Shown: positions 21,256-31,183, numbered from the stretch's first letter. The stretch: 64,000 bases of DNA from Alphaproteobacteria bacterium (GCA_045593845.1 JAZNXK010000022.1:13855-77854), one strand, 5' to 3'. Numbers and translations: made by a program. Notes: generated by a model not told the origin, from the letters alone.

Positions 21256-21777
21256 ATGGAAGATATTACTTATAAAGTATCGAATGGAACCGTAAAAGTC
21301 CACCAAGACGGAGATGCTCAAGTTTATGAAATTACACGAAATGGCAAAACTCTCGAGATGTCCTTTGTCCGCGAACAACAAAAAAAGGGTGAATGGCCTT
21401 ACAGCGGATCACCAACAGAAAAACAAGTAAAATACGATGTAACATATGATATCGGAGTTAAGATTGGAGAAGATAAACAAGATTTTAAAGTATCTTTTGA
21501 TGTTGACAATATTGAAGGCAAATCATTGAATACTTTAAAACTTGAGATTACTGGTGTGGAGGAATACATACCAAGAGAAAACAATCTCCAATTTGAAGAA
21601 AAAGGCATTCCGGAAATAGAACATAGAAAAATCTACAAAGCTTTATCAAGGCAAAATGGAACAGTTGCAGAGATTTTTAATAAATATATCCGTAATGCAG
21701 ATGAAATACAGCCAAACAGAACTAACAATCTGCAAAATTCTGTATTCAACCAAAAACTAGATGACTTTCTAAGATAA
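21256..21777 (+). CDS. hypothetical protein
   Basis: 173-aa ORF with a GGAGAAG RBS. No recognisable motif. Confidence 0.45.
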   Translation: MEDITYKVSNGTVKVHQDGDAQVYEITRNGKTLEMSFVREQQKKGEWPYSGSPTEKQVKYDVTYDIGVKIGEDKQDFKVSFDVDNIEGKSLNTLKLEITGVEEYIPRENNLQFEEKGIPEIEHRKIYKALSRQNGTVAEIFNKYIRNADEIQPNRTNNLQNSVFNQKLDDFLR

Positions 21778-21800
21778 TCATCTAGCAATAATCTAATTAC

Positions 21801-21836
21801 AAAAAAATCCTCGGGTTACTTCCGAGGATTTTTTCT
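21801..21836. terminator. bidirectional rho-independent terminator
   Basis: Stem ATCCTCGG / CCGAGGAT with loop GTTACTT, flanked by an A-run and a T-run. It lies between convergent genes. Confidence 0.75.
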
Positions 21837-21851
21837 TTACGCAACCATGCC

Positions 21852-22310
21852 TTATTCTGTGACCGGACTGTGACGTTTGTCCATCTTCATATGGCGGCCA
21901 AAATGATGACGTCCCTTAGGCATATCTTTCATTTTTGCTTCGTGCTCGGCAATAATTTTCTCAAACTTCACCTTTTGCTCTGGTGTCAAAATCTCTTTGA
22001 AAGCCTCAAGATTTTCTTTGCGCATATTATCCATTTTCTCGCGCAAAGCTTTCATCTCTTCAATAAGTGGTTTCATTCTTTCAAAATCAGCCTTACGGAT
22101 AGCTTCGGCTTTTGCCTGTTGCTCTGCGCTCAAGTCCAAATCTTCAGCCAATTTTTTCTGATGCATTTCGTGCATTTTTTTCCCGTCGAATTGGTGATGA
22201 TGAGGGGCAGGGGGCATATCAACGGGGGCAATGTCTTCTGCGGCAAAAGCATTTGCTCCGAAAAGTAACATGGCAGACAAACAAGATGACAACAAAAATT
22301 TATTTTTCAT
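21852..22310 (-). CDS. periplasmic Spy/CpxP-family (LTxxQ) protein
   Basis: Signal peptide ending AFAAE. LSAEQ and LTPEQ motifs lie in helical K/E-rich repeats, and both termini are His-rich. Confidence 0.65.
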   Translation of the reverse strand: MKNKFLLSSCLSAMLLFGANAFAAEDIAPVDMPPAPHHHQFDGKKMHEMHQKKLAEDLDLSAEQQAKAEAIRKADFERMKPLIEEMKALREKMDNMRKENLEAFKEILTPEQKVKFEKIIAEHEAKMKDMPKGRHHFGRHMKMDKRHSPVTE

Positions 22311-22312
22311 AA

Positions 22313-22807
22313 TTATTCTCCTTTTAAGAAAGAAAGTTTTTGAGCTAATATTTTTCTTGCGTTAAAAAGCCTTGATTTTACGGTTCCCTCGGGAACGCCG
22401 AGCTTTTTAGCAATTTTTTCAAGAGGCATATCTTCAAACTCATACAGTTCAATAACCCTACGCATTTTATATGGCAACTCATCAACGGCTTTCAAGATAA
22501 TCTTCTGCCTCATTTTTGCATCCAATTGTTCTTCTTGCGTAGCCGGAGTCGCGATATTTTCAAGAACCTCCTCATCATCAACCGCATCATTTTGTTCGCG
22601 AAATGATTTAGAGCGAAAATAGTCTCGGCACACATTTGCCGTAAGCGCGCAAAGCCATTGCTTAAATTTTCCCTGCTCTTTATAATTATCCATATTGCGC
22701 CAAGTCTTGATATAAACTTCTTGCTCAATATCATCATTATAAGAGCCTGTCATTTTGCGGATTACCGAGCGTATAAGCCCTTTATTTTCCAAGATAATAT
22801 TTTTCAT
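22313..22807 (-). CDS. ECF-type RNA polymerase sigma factor
   Basis: 164 aa. Region 2 (EVYIKTWRNMDNY...WLCALTANVCRDYFR) and region 4 (LGVPEGTVKSRLFNARKIL). Confidence 0.9.
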   Translation of the reverse strand: MKNIILENKGLIRSVIRKMTGSYNDDIEQEVYIKTWRNMDNYKEQGKFKQWLCALTANVCRDYFRSKSFREQNDAVDDEEVLENIATPATQEEQLDAKMRQKIILKAVDELPYKMRRVIELYEFEDMPLEKIAKKLGVPEGTVKSRLFNARKILAQKLSFLKGE

Positions 22808-23058
22808 CAGCTGACCATCAATAACCCATATTCATCAACCGGCAATCCCATCTCTTCAATAGCGGAATCGGCAGAAATATATTGTTCATAGTCAATCCAC
22901 TGCCCGTTATCCTTAAGAGAACCGTTTTGCGGCATTACAATCATAAACATAAACGCGGCAACAACAGCGGTAAAAGCAATTTTAATCTGATTGCGTCTGC
23001 GTTTGCGTTTTATATATAAAGGTTTTGCTTCCCTCAGCAGTTCCGAAATTTTATCCAT
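22807..23058 (-). CDS. small single-pass membrane protein, possible anti-sigma component
   Basis: 83 aa with a basic stretch KRKRRRNQIK followed by a TM segment. Its TGA shares the A of the sigma ATG (TGATG), indicating coupling. Confidence 0.4.
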   Translation of the reverse strand: MDKISELLREAKPLYIKRKRRRNQIKIAFTAVVAAFMFMIVMPQNGSLKDNGQWIDYEQYISADSAIEEMGLPVDEYGLLMVS

Positions 23059-23213
23059 AACAACCTCCTTACAAGGTCTAAAACGAAAATAACGGTTTCA
23101 AAGTTCATTTTTTCTTAATTTAATCCGAATATAATTAAAAATAAGTCAAAATTATTGCGCAAATAAAAAAAATATTTTACAATCAAAAGAAATAACTTCC
23201 GGAGGACCTCCTC

Positions 23214-24098
23214 ATGTCGCAGATATTAAGAGCAAACGAATATGTAAAAATTGAAGTTCACTTCAGTTATAAAGTGTTTGTCCTCCCAATGTTGTTTATG
23301 TCGATAGGTATTTTGCTTTTTTTAATGGTATTAAGCGGAGCAGTTGACGACCAGGTCGTAAAGTGGTTTGGCAGAACCTTTAAAATGACAACTATTTGCA
23401 CTGCTATCGGTATTCTGCTTTTTATTCCTTATATATACAAAAGATTGGATAATCGCTTGAAAATATATGCCATTACCAATCAGAGAGTGTATATCAGACG
23501 CGGCATTATCAACATTAGAGAAAAAGATATTCCTCTTCCCCAAATTAACGACGTTCAAATTTCCCAATCCATAGTTCAGCGTCTTTTCGGAGCGGCAGAT
23601 GTTGTGATTCAGGTCGGCAATGATGAGAGTAAAATTTTTATTGAAGACATCAACAGACCGCGTGAGTTCCGCGATACCGTAATTAACGCAATTTATGATC
23701 TCAAAAAAGAAGATGAAATGATGCAAAAGGCACAACAGCAAGAGATGGAAGCAAAACAGCAATATCAGCAACAGCAATATAGGGAAGACAGTTATTCACG
23801 TCAGCAATATTCGCAACAGCAATATTCCGCACAACCATACTCACAACCGCAATATCAACAACCTGAATATCCTCAACAGCAATATTCGCCGCCGCAACCG
23901 CAACAACCTCAATACTCGCAGCAGCAATACTCGCAACCGCAACAACCTCAATACCCGCAGCAGCAATATTCACAACCGCAAAATTCCTATAATCAGTCAT
24001 ATCAGGATGATACGCCAGATTATGATGACGATTACGATACAAATTCTGATTATGATAATGAGTATGAAAAACCCTTCGACCCCGACGGCGGATTATAA
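23214..24098 (+). CDS. bacterial PH-domain (bPH_2, YdbS/YdbT-like) membrane protein with a Q/P/Y-rich tail
   Basis: Two TM segments, then IYAITNQRVYIRRGIINIREKDIPLPQINDVQISQSIVQRLFGAADVVIQ. The C-terminus is low-complexity. Confidence 0.6.
   Translation: MSQILRANEYVKIEVHFSYKVFVLPMLFMSIGILLFLMVLSGAVDDQVVKWFGRTFKMTTICTAIGILLFIPYIYKRLDNRLKIYAITNQRVYIRRGIINIREKDIPLPQINDVQISQSIVQRLFGAADVVIQVGNDESKIFIEDINRPREFRDTVINAIYDLKKEDEMMQKAQQQEMEAKQQYQQQQYREDSYSRQQYSQQQYSAQPYSQPQYQQPEYPQQQYSPPQPQQPQYSQQQYSQPQQPQYPQQQYSQPQNSYNQSYQDDTPDYDDDYDTNSDYDNEYEKPFDPDGGL
23731..24005 (+). repeat. in-frame imperfect tandem repeats encoding QQYSQPQ-like units
   Basis: CAGCAATATTC / CAACCGCAA units recur many times inside the 23214..24098 CDS. 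Confidence 0.7.
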
Positions 24099-24176
24099 TT
24101 TTTTCTTTTCCCTCCTAAAATTTTAGCCGAGAATACTTATATATTATTGGCAACAACATATATAAGGAGAACGAAT

Positions 24177-24707
24177 ATGAATGAAAACGAACAAACCGTC
24201 AAAAAAATATTGTTTTGGCGCATGTGCATCGGCATAGTTATGACCGTTTTGGGATTTTATATAATTGCAAATCCGGTGGCAAGCCTGCTTGCTTTGGCTC
24301 TGTATATCGGTATTGCTTTTATCATAGCCGGAGCCGGCTATATTGTAAGCTCATTTTCTTTTCAATCCGGCTGGGAGCTTTTTGTAGGAATTTTAGATAT
24401 TTTTATCGGAATTATTTTTGTAACCAATCTCGGAGTAAGCGCATCAACATTACCGATTATATTTGCTGTTTGGTGCTTGGCAATAGGTGTAATTCAGGCC
24501 GTCGGAGCCTATCGTTTATACCTTCTGAATTTGCCTTGGGCATGGAGCCTTGCCATTGGCGCAATAGGTGTTTTATTTGCCTTCCTAATCTTGGCTCACC
24601 CTTTTATTGGAATTCTTACCATAAGTGCAATAATGGGGCTTTATGCCATAGTTTACGGAATACTTTCGATTATGGAATACTTTTTTGTAAAAAAAATGCA
24701 GTTCTAA
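24177..24707 (+). CDS. HdeD-family (DUF308) membrane protein
   Basis: Six hydrophobic G/I/A-rich segments typical of HdeD. ATG 24177 follows an AAGGAGA RBS; the track start 24147 is a TTG. Confidence 0.65.
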   Translation: MNENEQTVKKILFWRMCIGIVMTVLGFYIIANPVASLLALALYIGIAFIIAGAGYIVSSFSFQSGWELFVGILDIFIGIIFVTNLGVSASTLPIIFAVWCLAIGVIQAVGAYRLYLLNLPWAWSLAIGAIGVLFAFLILAHPFIGILTISAIMGLYAIVYGILSIMEYFFVKKMQF

Positions 24708-24720
24708 AGCTTATAAAAAA

Positions 24721-24751
24721 ATACCTCAAAATATTTTTGAGGTATTTTTTT
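24721..24751. terminator. bidirectional rho-independent terminator
   Basis: Stem ATACCTCAAAA / TTTTGAGGTAT with a 3-nt loop, flanked by an A-run and a T-run. Confidence 0.7.
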
Positions 24752-24755
24752 ATAA

Positions 24756-25487
24756 CTAAATTTTATTAACTGTTTTGGGTTTGTTTTCGGTGGCAATCGC
24801 TGACAAGAGCAGATATTCCAGCAAAATAACCGCCAGAGATGTTGACCAAAAAGATAGCAACAACCCAAACCAGCTCAAAACCAACATCAAAAGCAATGTA
24901 GCAATATAGGCTACGCATGCCAAACGCATTGCCGTTGAAAAATTGAGGGATAATTTTTTGCATTTTGCCACAAGCTGTCCGCAAAAAGCATACAGAACCG
25001 CGCACAAAGCATATCCGACAAACGGCAGTATCCATCCTATCAAAGCAGCCATGATAGCAACAGCCCATACAACTTTCTTAAACAAACTTACATAATTTCC
25101 CAAAGGCAAATCCATATTTTCTTGAAAGTCTATCACTCTGGTATCTTTCTCACTTACGGAATAAAGAGCTTTTCTGGCGACATAAATTCCCGGTTTCAAA
25201 CCTATCGGATCAATCGTATCGACAGTTGTATCCAAAACCAAAGGAAAAATAATGCCGTTAAAGCTCAAATTAACCGATTTTATCTCATTATTCGGCTCGA
25301 TAATGGTTCCATTTTCAATTTTAACCGGCAAAAGCTGTTCTGCCGCATTTTGCATTTCGGGCACAAAATTATAGCCCAAACCTTTTATCTGCACTGCCAA
25401 AATAACTGATAAAACCAAAGAATATAAAAGCAAAAACTTCAACCCGCAGCCTTTGCCGTATCTTATATAATTCAAAATTTTATTCAT
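24756..25487 (-). CDS. polytopic membrane protein, unknown function
   Basis: 243 aa. One N-terminal TM segment, a ~110-aa loop, then 3-4 further TM segments. Confidence 0.55.
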   Translation of the reverse strand: MNKILNYIRYGKGCGLKFLLLYSLVLSVILAVQIKGLGYNFVPEMQNAAEQLLPVKIENGTIIEPNNEIKSVNLSFNGIIFPLVLDTTVDTIDPIGLKPGIYVARKALYSVSEKDTRVIDFQENMDLPLGNYVSLFKKVVWAVAIMAALIGWILPFVGYALCAVLYAFCGQLVAKCKKLSLNFSTAMRLACVAYIATLLLMLVLSWFGLLLSFWSTSLAVILLEYLLLSAIATENKPKTVNKI

Positions 25488-25555
25488 AACAAATCACTCC
25501 CAAATAACCATGAGAAAATATAACTATTTTTTTTGTAGATTGTAAACAATAAATT

Positions 25556-27022
25556 TTAAACTCTATTGGCATTGTTTCTTCTGAACCACTTCGCAACATC
25601 TCTGGCATTTAGTGCATCAGCTCGGTTGCGTGGAGCCTTGCGAGGAGCTTTATCAACGGTGGAAGCAACTTCCTCCGCATTTTGCTGACTATTGACACTA
25701 GCATATTGCAAATCTCCGGGATATAACTGTTTAGGTTTTACATCCTTTACAGCTTTAACATTTTGTGATGTCTTAATTTCTTCAGGAATTTGATCCAAAC
25801 CATACTGTTTTTTCAATCCGGTATTTTCAATATAGAGAATAGCTAATGTCTGCGGATCCATTTCACCCAATAAGACCAACATATCATTAACGGCGAGGAA
25901 ACGCTTTTGTTCTATCAAAGTCAAAAGTAAATTTTCAGTCTTTATATCATTCTCGGGAAATCTCTTTTCATTATCCTTGTCATCACCACGAGTAACAATA
26001 TTACTATTAAGCAAGAAAATATGATCTTTTCCATAGAATGTGTTGTCCGAATAATTCCTATGATTATCCTTTGGTAAAGGTAAATGCTTTGGACCATAAA
26101 CTTCTTCAGCAAGACCATTAATATATGCCTTTAGGAAAATATGACCAGTTACCCGTTTATCATGGTCATTTTTGTCTCGTGCGAAGGTGGTTCCATCGGG
26201 TGTATACGCATAATCAGAAAAATCCAATCCTTCTGCTTCAGTAAATATAGGATTTGCTTGCAACATAGGAATTGCTTGGTACACATAGTGAACATGACAA
26301 CCGGCACCGATTTTATCCAAAGCTAGGTTCACAGCATGAAGGCAACTGCTTCCATCTTTGTTACCATTTCTAACCAATTTAAGATTTTTCATTAAGATAT
26401 CAGCATCTTTTCCCTCTTTTAAGGCCTTAAGATAGCCGGCAGTCCACTTAAATCCTTTCATGTCAAAATTACCCAAAGTATTCATACCGGTTTTTTCAAT
26501 CAAATCAGCCATAAGTTCAGGATTATTAGTGATAGTCTCAATAAATTGCTTATCTGTGGAGACACGTTCGAGAAAATCATGAGTGGCAAGAAGATCATCC
26601 ACTGCCATATTCATAATTTCATTACGCATAGAAACTGCATCATTAAAACGTATGGTATCAGGCTTTGTCGGTTGAATATTTATATTAGTAACGGTCTCCG
26701 TCGGGGCTTTATTTTGAGTTTTAACAGATTGAGCATCGGATTTTTTTGCAAAAAAGGAGAATCCGAGCATAGCAAAAGGAATATATTTCAACCATCTTCT
26801 TTTTTTGGGTTGTTCTTTCTTTTTCTCAACTTGTACCAGTTTTTTCTTTTCTTGATTTTTCTTTTGCTGCCTTAGCAGTTGCTGTTTTCTCTTTTCTTCC
26901 AGCAGTTGCTTTTTCTTTTCTGCAACAGACACAGACTGTTTTTTTTGAGCACGTCTCTTCGAGAGGCTCTTCTTTATTTTTTCAATTCTTTTCAAATCTA
27001 TTTTACTCATTTTTCTCTCCAA
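25556..27022 (-). CDS. membrane-anchored protein with a K/E/Q-rich cytoplasmic head and a possible Cys/His hydrolase domain
   Basis: About 75 aa of lysine-rich low complexity, then TM YIPFAMLGFSFFA, then a ~400-aa domain containing GSSCLHAV and VTGHIFL. These could be a papain-like Cys/His pair, but this is weak. Confidence 0.45.
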   Translation of the reverse strand: MERKMSKIDLKRIEKIKKSLSKRRAQKKQSVSVAEKKKQLLEEKRKQQLLRQQKKNQEKKKLVQVEKKKEQPKKRRWLKYIPFAMLGFSFFAKKSDAQSVKTQNKAPTETVTNINIQPTKPDTIRFNDAVSMRNEIMNMAVDDLLATHDFLERVSTDKQFIETITNNPELMADLIEKTGMNTLGNFDMKGFKWTAGYLKALKEGKDADILMKNLKLVRNGNKDGSSCLHAVNLALDKIGAGCHVHYVYQAIPMLQANPIFTEAEGLDFSDYAYTPDGTTFARDKNDHDKRVTGHIFLKAYINGLAEEVYGPKHLPLPKDNHRNYSDNTFYGKDHIFLLNSNIVTRGDDKDNEKRFPENDIKTENLLLTLIEQKRFLAVNDMLVLLGEMDPQTLAILYIENTGLKKQYGLDQIPEEIKTSQNVKAVKDVKPKQLYPGDLQYASVNSQQNAEEVASTVDKAPRKAPRNRADALNARDVAKWFRRNNANRV

Positions 27023-27221
27023 TTATGCTTTTCGTCTAATTGTAACACACTTTATTGTTTTTTGCAAATATTTATTGCGATTCTTAACAATATTTTATGC
27101 TTTATTTTTCCGTGTCTGCAAAAAAAATACCTGTTTTTAAATAAAGATATAGACAAAAAGTTTTTTTTTAGTTAATATAAGCGCAAGAAATCAATTATTA
27201 TAAACTAAAAATACCGAAAAA

Positions 27222-27545
27222 ATGAAAAAATTATTATTAATCTTAGTGCTCGCAGTTCTTGCGGTTAGCTGTGTACCTTATCAGCCGGTGATTATCACCC
27301 GTCCCAATTATCAACCGCAACCGGTGCCTTATTATAATTACTACTACGGCGGTTATTATGGCTATTATCGTCCGGCACCGCCTCCACCACCGCGTTACCG
27401 ACATCATCAGCCGGCACCGCAACCTCCTCATCATAACGGAGGCCATCATGGCGGTCAATACAACGGAAATCGCCCGCCGGCACCAAATCAACCGGCACCT
27501 AACAACGGGGGGCGCTCATCATCCCCTAACGGAGGTCGCCGCTAA
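27222..27545 (+). CDS. small lipoprotein rich in P/Y/G/H/N
   Basis: Lipobox LAVSC. The mature part is PYYNYYYGGYYGYYRPAPPPPP...HHNGGHHGG. Confidence 0.5.
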   Translation: MKKLLLILVLAVLAVSCVPYQPVIITRPNYQPQPVPYYNYYYGGYYGYYRPAPPPPPRYRHHQPAPQPPHHNGGHHGGQYNGNRPPAPNQPAPNNGGRSSSPNGGRR

Positions 27546-27551
27546 AAAACA

Positions 27552-27582
27552 AAAGCAGATTCTTTTTTTAGAATCTGCTTTT
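27552..27582. terminator. bidirectional rho-independent terminator
   Basis: 11-bp stem AAAGCAGATTC / GAATCTGCTTT with a T-rich loop, between convergent genes. Confidence 0.75.
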
Positions 27583-27602
27583 GATGTTTTTTGGTATATC
27601 GG

Positions 27603-28865
27603 TTAAAAGTTTTTGCCTTCAAAAATATTTTTCACACTGCTGTTTTGCAACAAATCTACTCCCCCGATATCAAAAATGTTGCATACGGCAGACATAGGAA
27701 TTGCTTCTTCCAATTCATCTTTCCATACAACTTCTTCAGGTTGCAGACCTTGCATTTCGGCAGTGATGTTCAATATTATAACTCTGCGCAAAGCTTTCAA
27801 TTCGTCATAAACGTGGAGTAAAATTTTTGTTTTAAGTTCTTCCGGCATTGCGGCATCTGCAATTTCTTTCACACTCAAGTTATGTAGTTTCAAAAATTTT
27901 TCAAACTTTACAATATCCTCACCGAAGAAGTTATGAAAATCCTTCGGATATTTTTTCAGCTCATATCCCTCAGCGGCGCAAATTTTGGTATATCCCTGCT
28001 CATGACGATATACAAAAGCAACAACTTCGCCTACGTCCTCTTGTTGTTGTCCGTTCAAAGATCCAAGCCTATATTCAATCGGTGCAGTTGAAAACAAACA
28101 TGATACAAACCAGTATATTCCGATAGCTAACAATGCAACTTCCGTCTTGGAATATTTATTGGTAGTTTTTTCGGCAAGAGAGTTAATACTTCTTTGAATA
28201 GGGATAAGCAATAACGGTAAAATTGCGTATGTTATCATCATCAGCAAAGAAAGGAAAGAAATTGAAAACCCATAAGCAAGAACGGCAAAGATAAACAACA
28301 AACTGTATAAAACCGCGCAAATATCATTTATTATCTTTCTTTTCGGCAACAAGCGCTGCACTTTGCTTTGCAAAGAAAATATGGTCAAACAATTCAGCAA
28401 AGCCATAAGCAAAGGTTCTACATCATCTTTTGTGGCTTTTTTATAAGCAGACCAGTTGCGATAACTCCAATAAATATCATACAAACCGAGAGTAAAGAAA
28501 GATGACAGCCAAAGTCTTAAAGGTGAAATATTAAAATATTGTACATCAGCATTCAATCTTGCATATTTAAATCTCTTGATGAAATCTTCTTTATATCTTT
28601 TTCCCTCCGGATTGGCGACTAAACCTGCCCAAGTATGAGAAATTACCAATCCTAAAACTGCCAATAACCCCAAATTGTTATAAACCGGAAGCAAGGCCGC
28701 AGTAAAAATCCAAGGAAAAACAAAAAATAAGAAAAAATACCAAACGGAAATACCTGTATAAAAGAAATAAAAAGACCCGAAAATAAAAGCCCAAACATTA
28801 AACTTTTTCGGATTATTATTTTTCAAATCCTTCTTAAACTTAGCAACTTTTTCTGTAACGTTCAT
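27603..28865 (-). CDS. membrane protein with a C-terminal soluble domain, unknown function
   Basis: 420 aa. About 8 TM segments in the first 270 aa, then a ~150-aa soluble tail. Confidence 0.55.
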   Translation of the reverse strand: MNVTEKVAKFKKDLKNNNPKKFNVWAFIFGSFYFFYTGISVWYFFLFFVFPWIFTAALLPVYNNLGLLAVLGLVISHTWAGLVANPEGKRYKEDFIKRFKYARLNADVQYFNISPLRLWLSSFFTLGLYDIYWSYRNWSAYKKATKDDVEPLLMALLNCLTIFSLQSKVQRLLPKRKIINDICAVLYSLLFIFAVLAYGFSISFLSLLMMITYAILPLLLIPIQRSINSLAEKTTNKYSKTEVALLAIGIYWFVSCLFSTAPIEYRLGSLNGQQQEDVGEVVAFVYRHEQGYTKICAAEGYELKKYPKDFHNFFGEDIVKFEKFLKLHNLSVKEIADAAMPEELKTKILLHVYDELKALRRVIILNITAEMQGLQPEEVVWKDELEEAIPMSAVCNIFDIGGVDLLQNSSVKNIFEGKNF

Positions 28866-28891
28866 AATGCACCGCCTTTGCTTGAAAGTTA

Positions 28892-29749
28892 TTACCTTGT
28901 CTTCTTTTTATCCTCTTTTTGCTTCAAAACCTGCAAATCTCGCTCCGTAGCCATTTTTACCAAAATAGTTTTTACCACCGTATCAATTTGGCTTTCTTCT
29001 GTATAGTCGGCAGGCAAAGCAAAATCAACTCTGCCATCGCTCAATAATTTTATGGCTTCTTTTTTATGATGACTTTTCGGGCGATAAACCGCAATCGAAT
29101 AGCCGCCGCTCTTTTTTACCAAGCGCATAGACGGAATATCTGTTTCTCCGTCACCAAAATAAATCATGTGTGAAAAAGGTATAGGGCGCTCTTCATCCGG
29201 CATAAACTCATTGACGGCTCTATCCTCGAGCTTATGCAAGCCTTTGTTAATTTTTGCAAGATATTGAGTTTTTGTTGAATAGTTCACAACTCTTGCCGGC
29301 CAAATCGGATAGCCTTTTTCATTATAGGCATATGCGCAACCGAAAATCTCTTTGAAATGCTTGCGAATAGAAGTTCCTTCAATAATTTCTTCATAGCCGG
29401 AAGATATTATAAAATGCTGTATATCAAGATCCAAATGCCTTCCGAAACGGTTGATCCTGTCAAACCATTCTTCAACACCGGCATAATACTCGATATTTTT
29501 GCCGCATTCTGCGAAAATCTTTCTGGTAAGCGGGATTTTTTTCTCTTTTGCCATCTTAACAAAATAATACATTGAACTTGTGATTTGGTCGGCATCATTC
29601 TCTTTCCACCAAGCATTTGCTTGCTGCCAAAAAGTCTTTGCACACATTCCGTACTTTGGTATAAGACAATAATCTTGCATATCCGCAGTGCTCAAAGTGC
29701 CGTCAAAATCATAAATCAAGGCAACTTTTGTTTTTTTCACCATTTGCAT
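28892..29749 (-). CDS. HAD-superfamily hydrolase
   Basis: Motif I ALIYDFDGTLS and motif IV-like YFGDGETDIP. Confidence 0.65.
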   Translation of the reverse strand: MQMVKKTKVALIYDFDGTLSTADMQDYCLIPKYGMCAKTFWQQANAWWKENDADQITSSMYYFVKMAKEKKIPLTRKIFAECGKNIEYYAGVEEWFDRINRFGRHLDLDIQHFIISSGYEEIIEGTSIRKHFKEIFGCAYAYNEKGYPIWPARVVNYSTKTQYLAKINKGLHKLEDRAVNEFMPDEERPIPFSHMIYFGDGETDIPSMRLVKKSGGYSIAVYRPKSHHKKEAIKLLSDGRVDFALPADYTEESQIDTVVKTILVKMATERDLQVLKQKEDKKKTR

Positions 29750-29812
29750 TTTCTCCGCTTGCTATTTTCACGAGCATACTTTATAACACGAATAAGTTAA
29801 CAAATTATATAA

Positions 29813-31183
29813 ATGGAGAAAACAATGCCTGCTACAACTATGGATCAACTGGTGTCTTTATGCAAACGTCGTGGTTTTATTTTTCAAAATGCCGATATTT
29901 ACGGAGGTTTGCAAGGTGTATATGACTATGGTCCGCTTGGGGTTGAACTCAAAAATAATCTAAAAGCCGCTTGGTGGCGTTCTATGGTTTATGAGCGTGA
30001 TGATGTTGAGGGGCTCGATTCTGCCATTTTAACCAACCAAAAAGTTTTGCACTATTCCGGTCACGAAGATACTTTTTCTGACCCGATGGTAGATTGCAAA
30101 AAATGCAAAAGCCGTTTTCGTGCTGACCATATCAATGGGAAATGCCCGAATTGCGGCTCTACCGATTTGACCGAGCCAAGACCTTTCAATCTTATGTTCA
30201 AAACCGCTATTGGTCCGGTTGATGACGGTTCATCTTTCGGCTATTTACGCCCCGAAACGGCACAGGCAATTTTTACACAATTCAAAAATGTCGTCGATTC
30301 TACTTCTCGCAAGCTACCTTTTGGCATTGCGCAAATCGGCAAATCTTTCCGCAACGAGATTACTCCGCGCAATTTTATCTTTCGTGTTCGTGAGTTTGAA
30401 CAGGCGGAGCTGGAGTTTTTTATCGAACCCGGAGAAGATGAAAAGTGGCACGAGATATGGAAAGAAAACCGCATTCAATGGTGGATTGACCAAGGTTTGA
30501 AAAAAGAACACATGAATATCTATACCACCCCGAAAGATGACTTAGCACACTATGCCAAAGCATGTTATGATATAGAATATCAATTTCCGCACGGTATGGA
30601 AGAATTGGAGGGTATTGCCAATCGCACCGACTATGACCTTGGCAATCACACCAAGGCCCAAGAAGAAATGAACTTGACTTCACATTGTCACAAAAATCCC
30701 GATTCTACCCAAAAACTCTGCATTATGGATGATAACAATAAATGGGTTGTTCCTTTTGTGATTGAGCCGTCAATGGGTATTGATAGAGGAGTTTTGGCAG
30801 TTATGACCGAAGCTTATACCGAAGAAGATTTGGGTGAGGGCAACAGCCGTATTGTTTTGAAATTGAAAAAACACCTTGCTCCGATTAAAGTTGCGGTAAT
30901 TCCGCTCAAAAAGAACAATGAGCAGATAATGGCCAAATGCCACGAAATAAAGCAAAATCTCCTAAAACTCGGCATCGGCCGTGTGGCTTTGGAAAACACC
31001 GGTAATATCGGTAAAGCCTATCGCCGTCACGACGAGATCGGCACACCTTTATGTGTTACGGTAGATTTTGAAACCATAGAGCAACAGCCGGAGTCCGTTA
31101 CCGTTCGCGATCGCGACACCATGGAACAACACCGCGTAAACGTTGCCGATTTGCCAAATTATTTGCGAGAATATTTCCTATAA
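29813..31183 (+). CDS. glyQS: glycine--tRNA ligase, homodimeric (GlyQS) type
   Basis: [39 protein letters not shown]. 456 aa in a single chain. The start could be 29813, 29825 or 29840. Confidence 0.9.
   Translation: MEKTMPATTMDQLVSLCKRRGFIFQNADIYGGLQGVYDYGPLGVELKNNLKAAWWRSMVYERDDVEGLDSAILTNQKVLHYSGHEDTFSDPMVDCKKCKSRFRADHINGKCPNCGSTDLTEPRPFNLMFKTAIGPVDDGSSFGYLRPETAQAIFTQFKNVVDSTSRKLPFGIAQIGKSFRNEITPRNFIFRVREFEQAELEFFIEPGEDEKWHEIWKENRIQWWIDQGLKKEHMNIYTTPKDDLAHYAKACYDIEYQFPHGMEELEGIANRTDYDLGNHTKAQEEMNLTSHCHKNPDSTQKLCIMDDNNKWVVPFVIEPSMGIDRGVLAVMTEAYTEEDLGEGNSRIVLKLKKHLAPIKVAVIPLKKNNEQIMAKCHEIKQNLLKLGIGRVALENTGNIGKAYRRHDEIGTPLCVTVDFETIEQQPESVTVRDRDTMEQHRVNVADLPNYLREYFL

Noticed and set aside
23731-24005. 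Repetitive DNA considered as a CRISPR-like or non-coding tandem array
   Set aside because: The repeats are short, imperfect, in frame and translate to a continuous Q/P/Y-rich tail. No spacer-repeat structure exists anywhere in the window.
24215-24769. 184-aa alternative-frame ORF over the HdeD-family gene
   Set aside because: It is on the same strand as the gene but in another frame. Its product is Cys/Arg/Phe-rich and non-membrane-like, whereas the chosen frame gives clean TM segments.
27243-27606. Several 65-82-aa ORFs in other frames and strands over the P/Y/G-rich lipoprotein gene
   Set aside because: They are composition-driven open frames. Only the 27222 frame has an RBS-proximal ATG, a lipobox signal peptide and a terminator.
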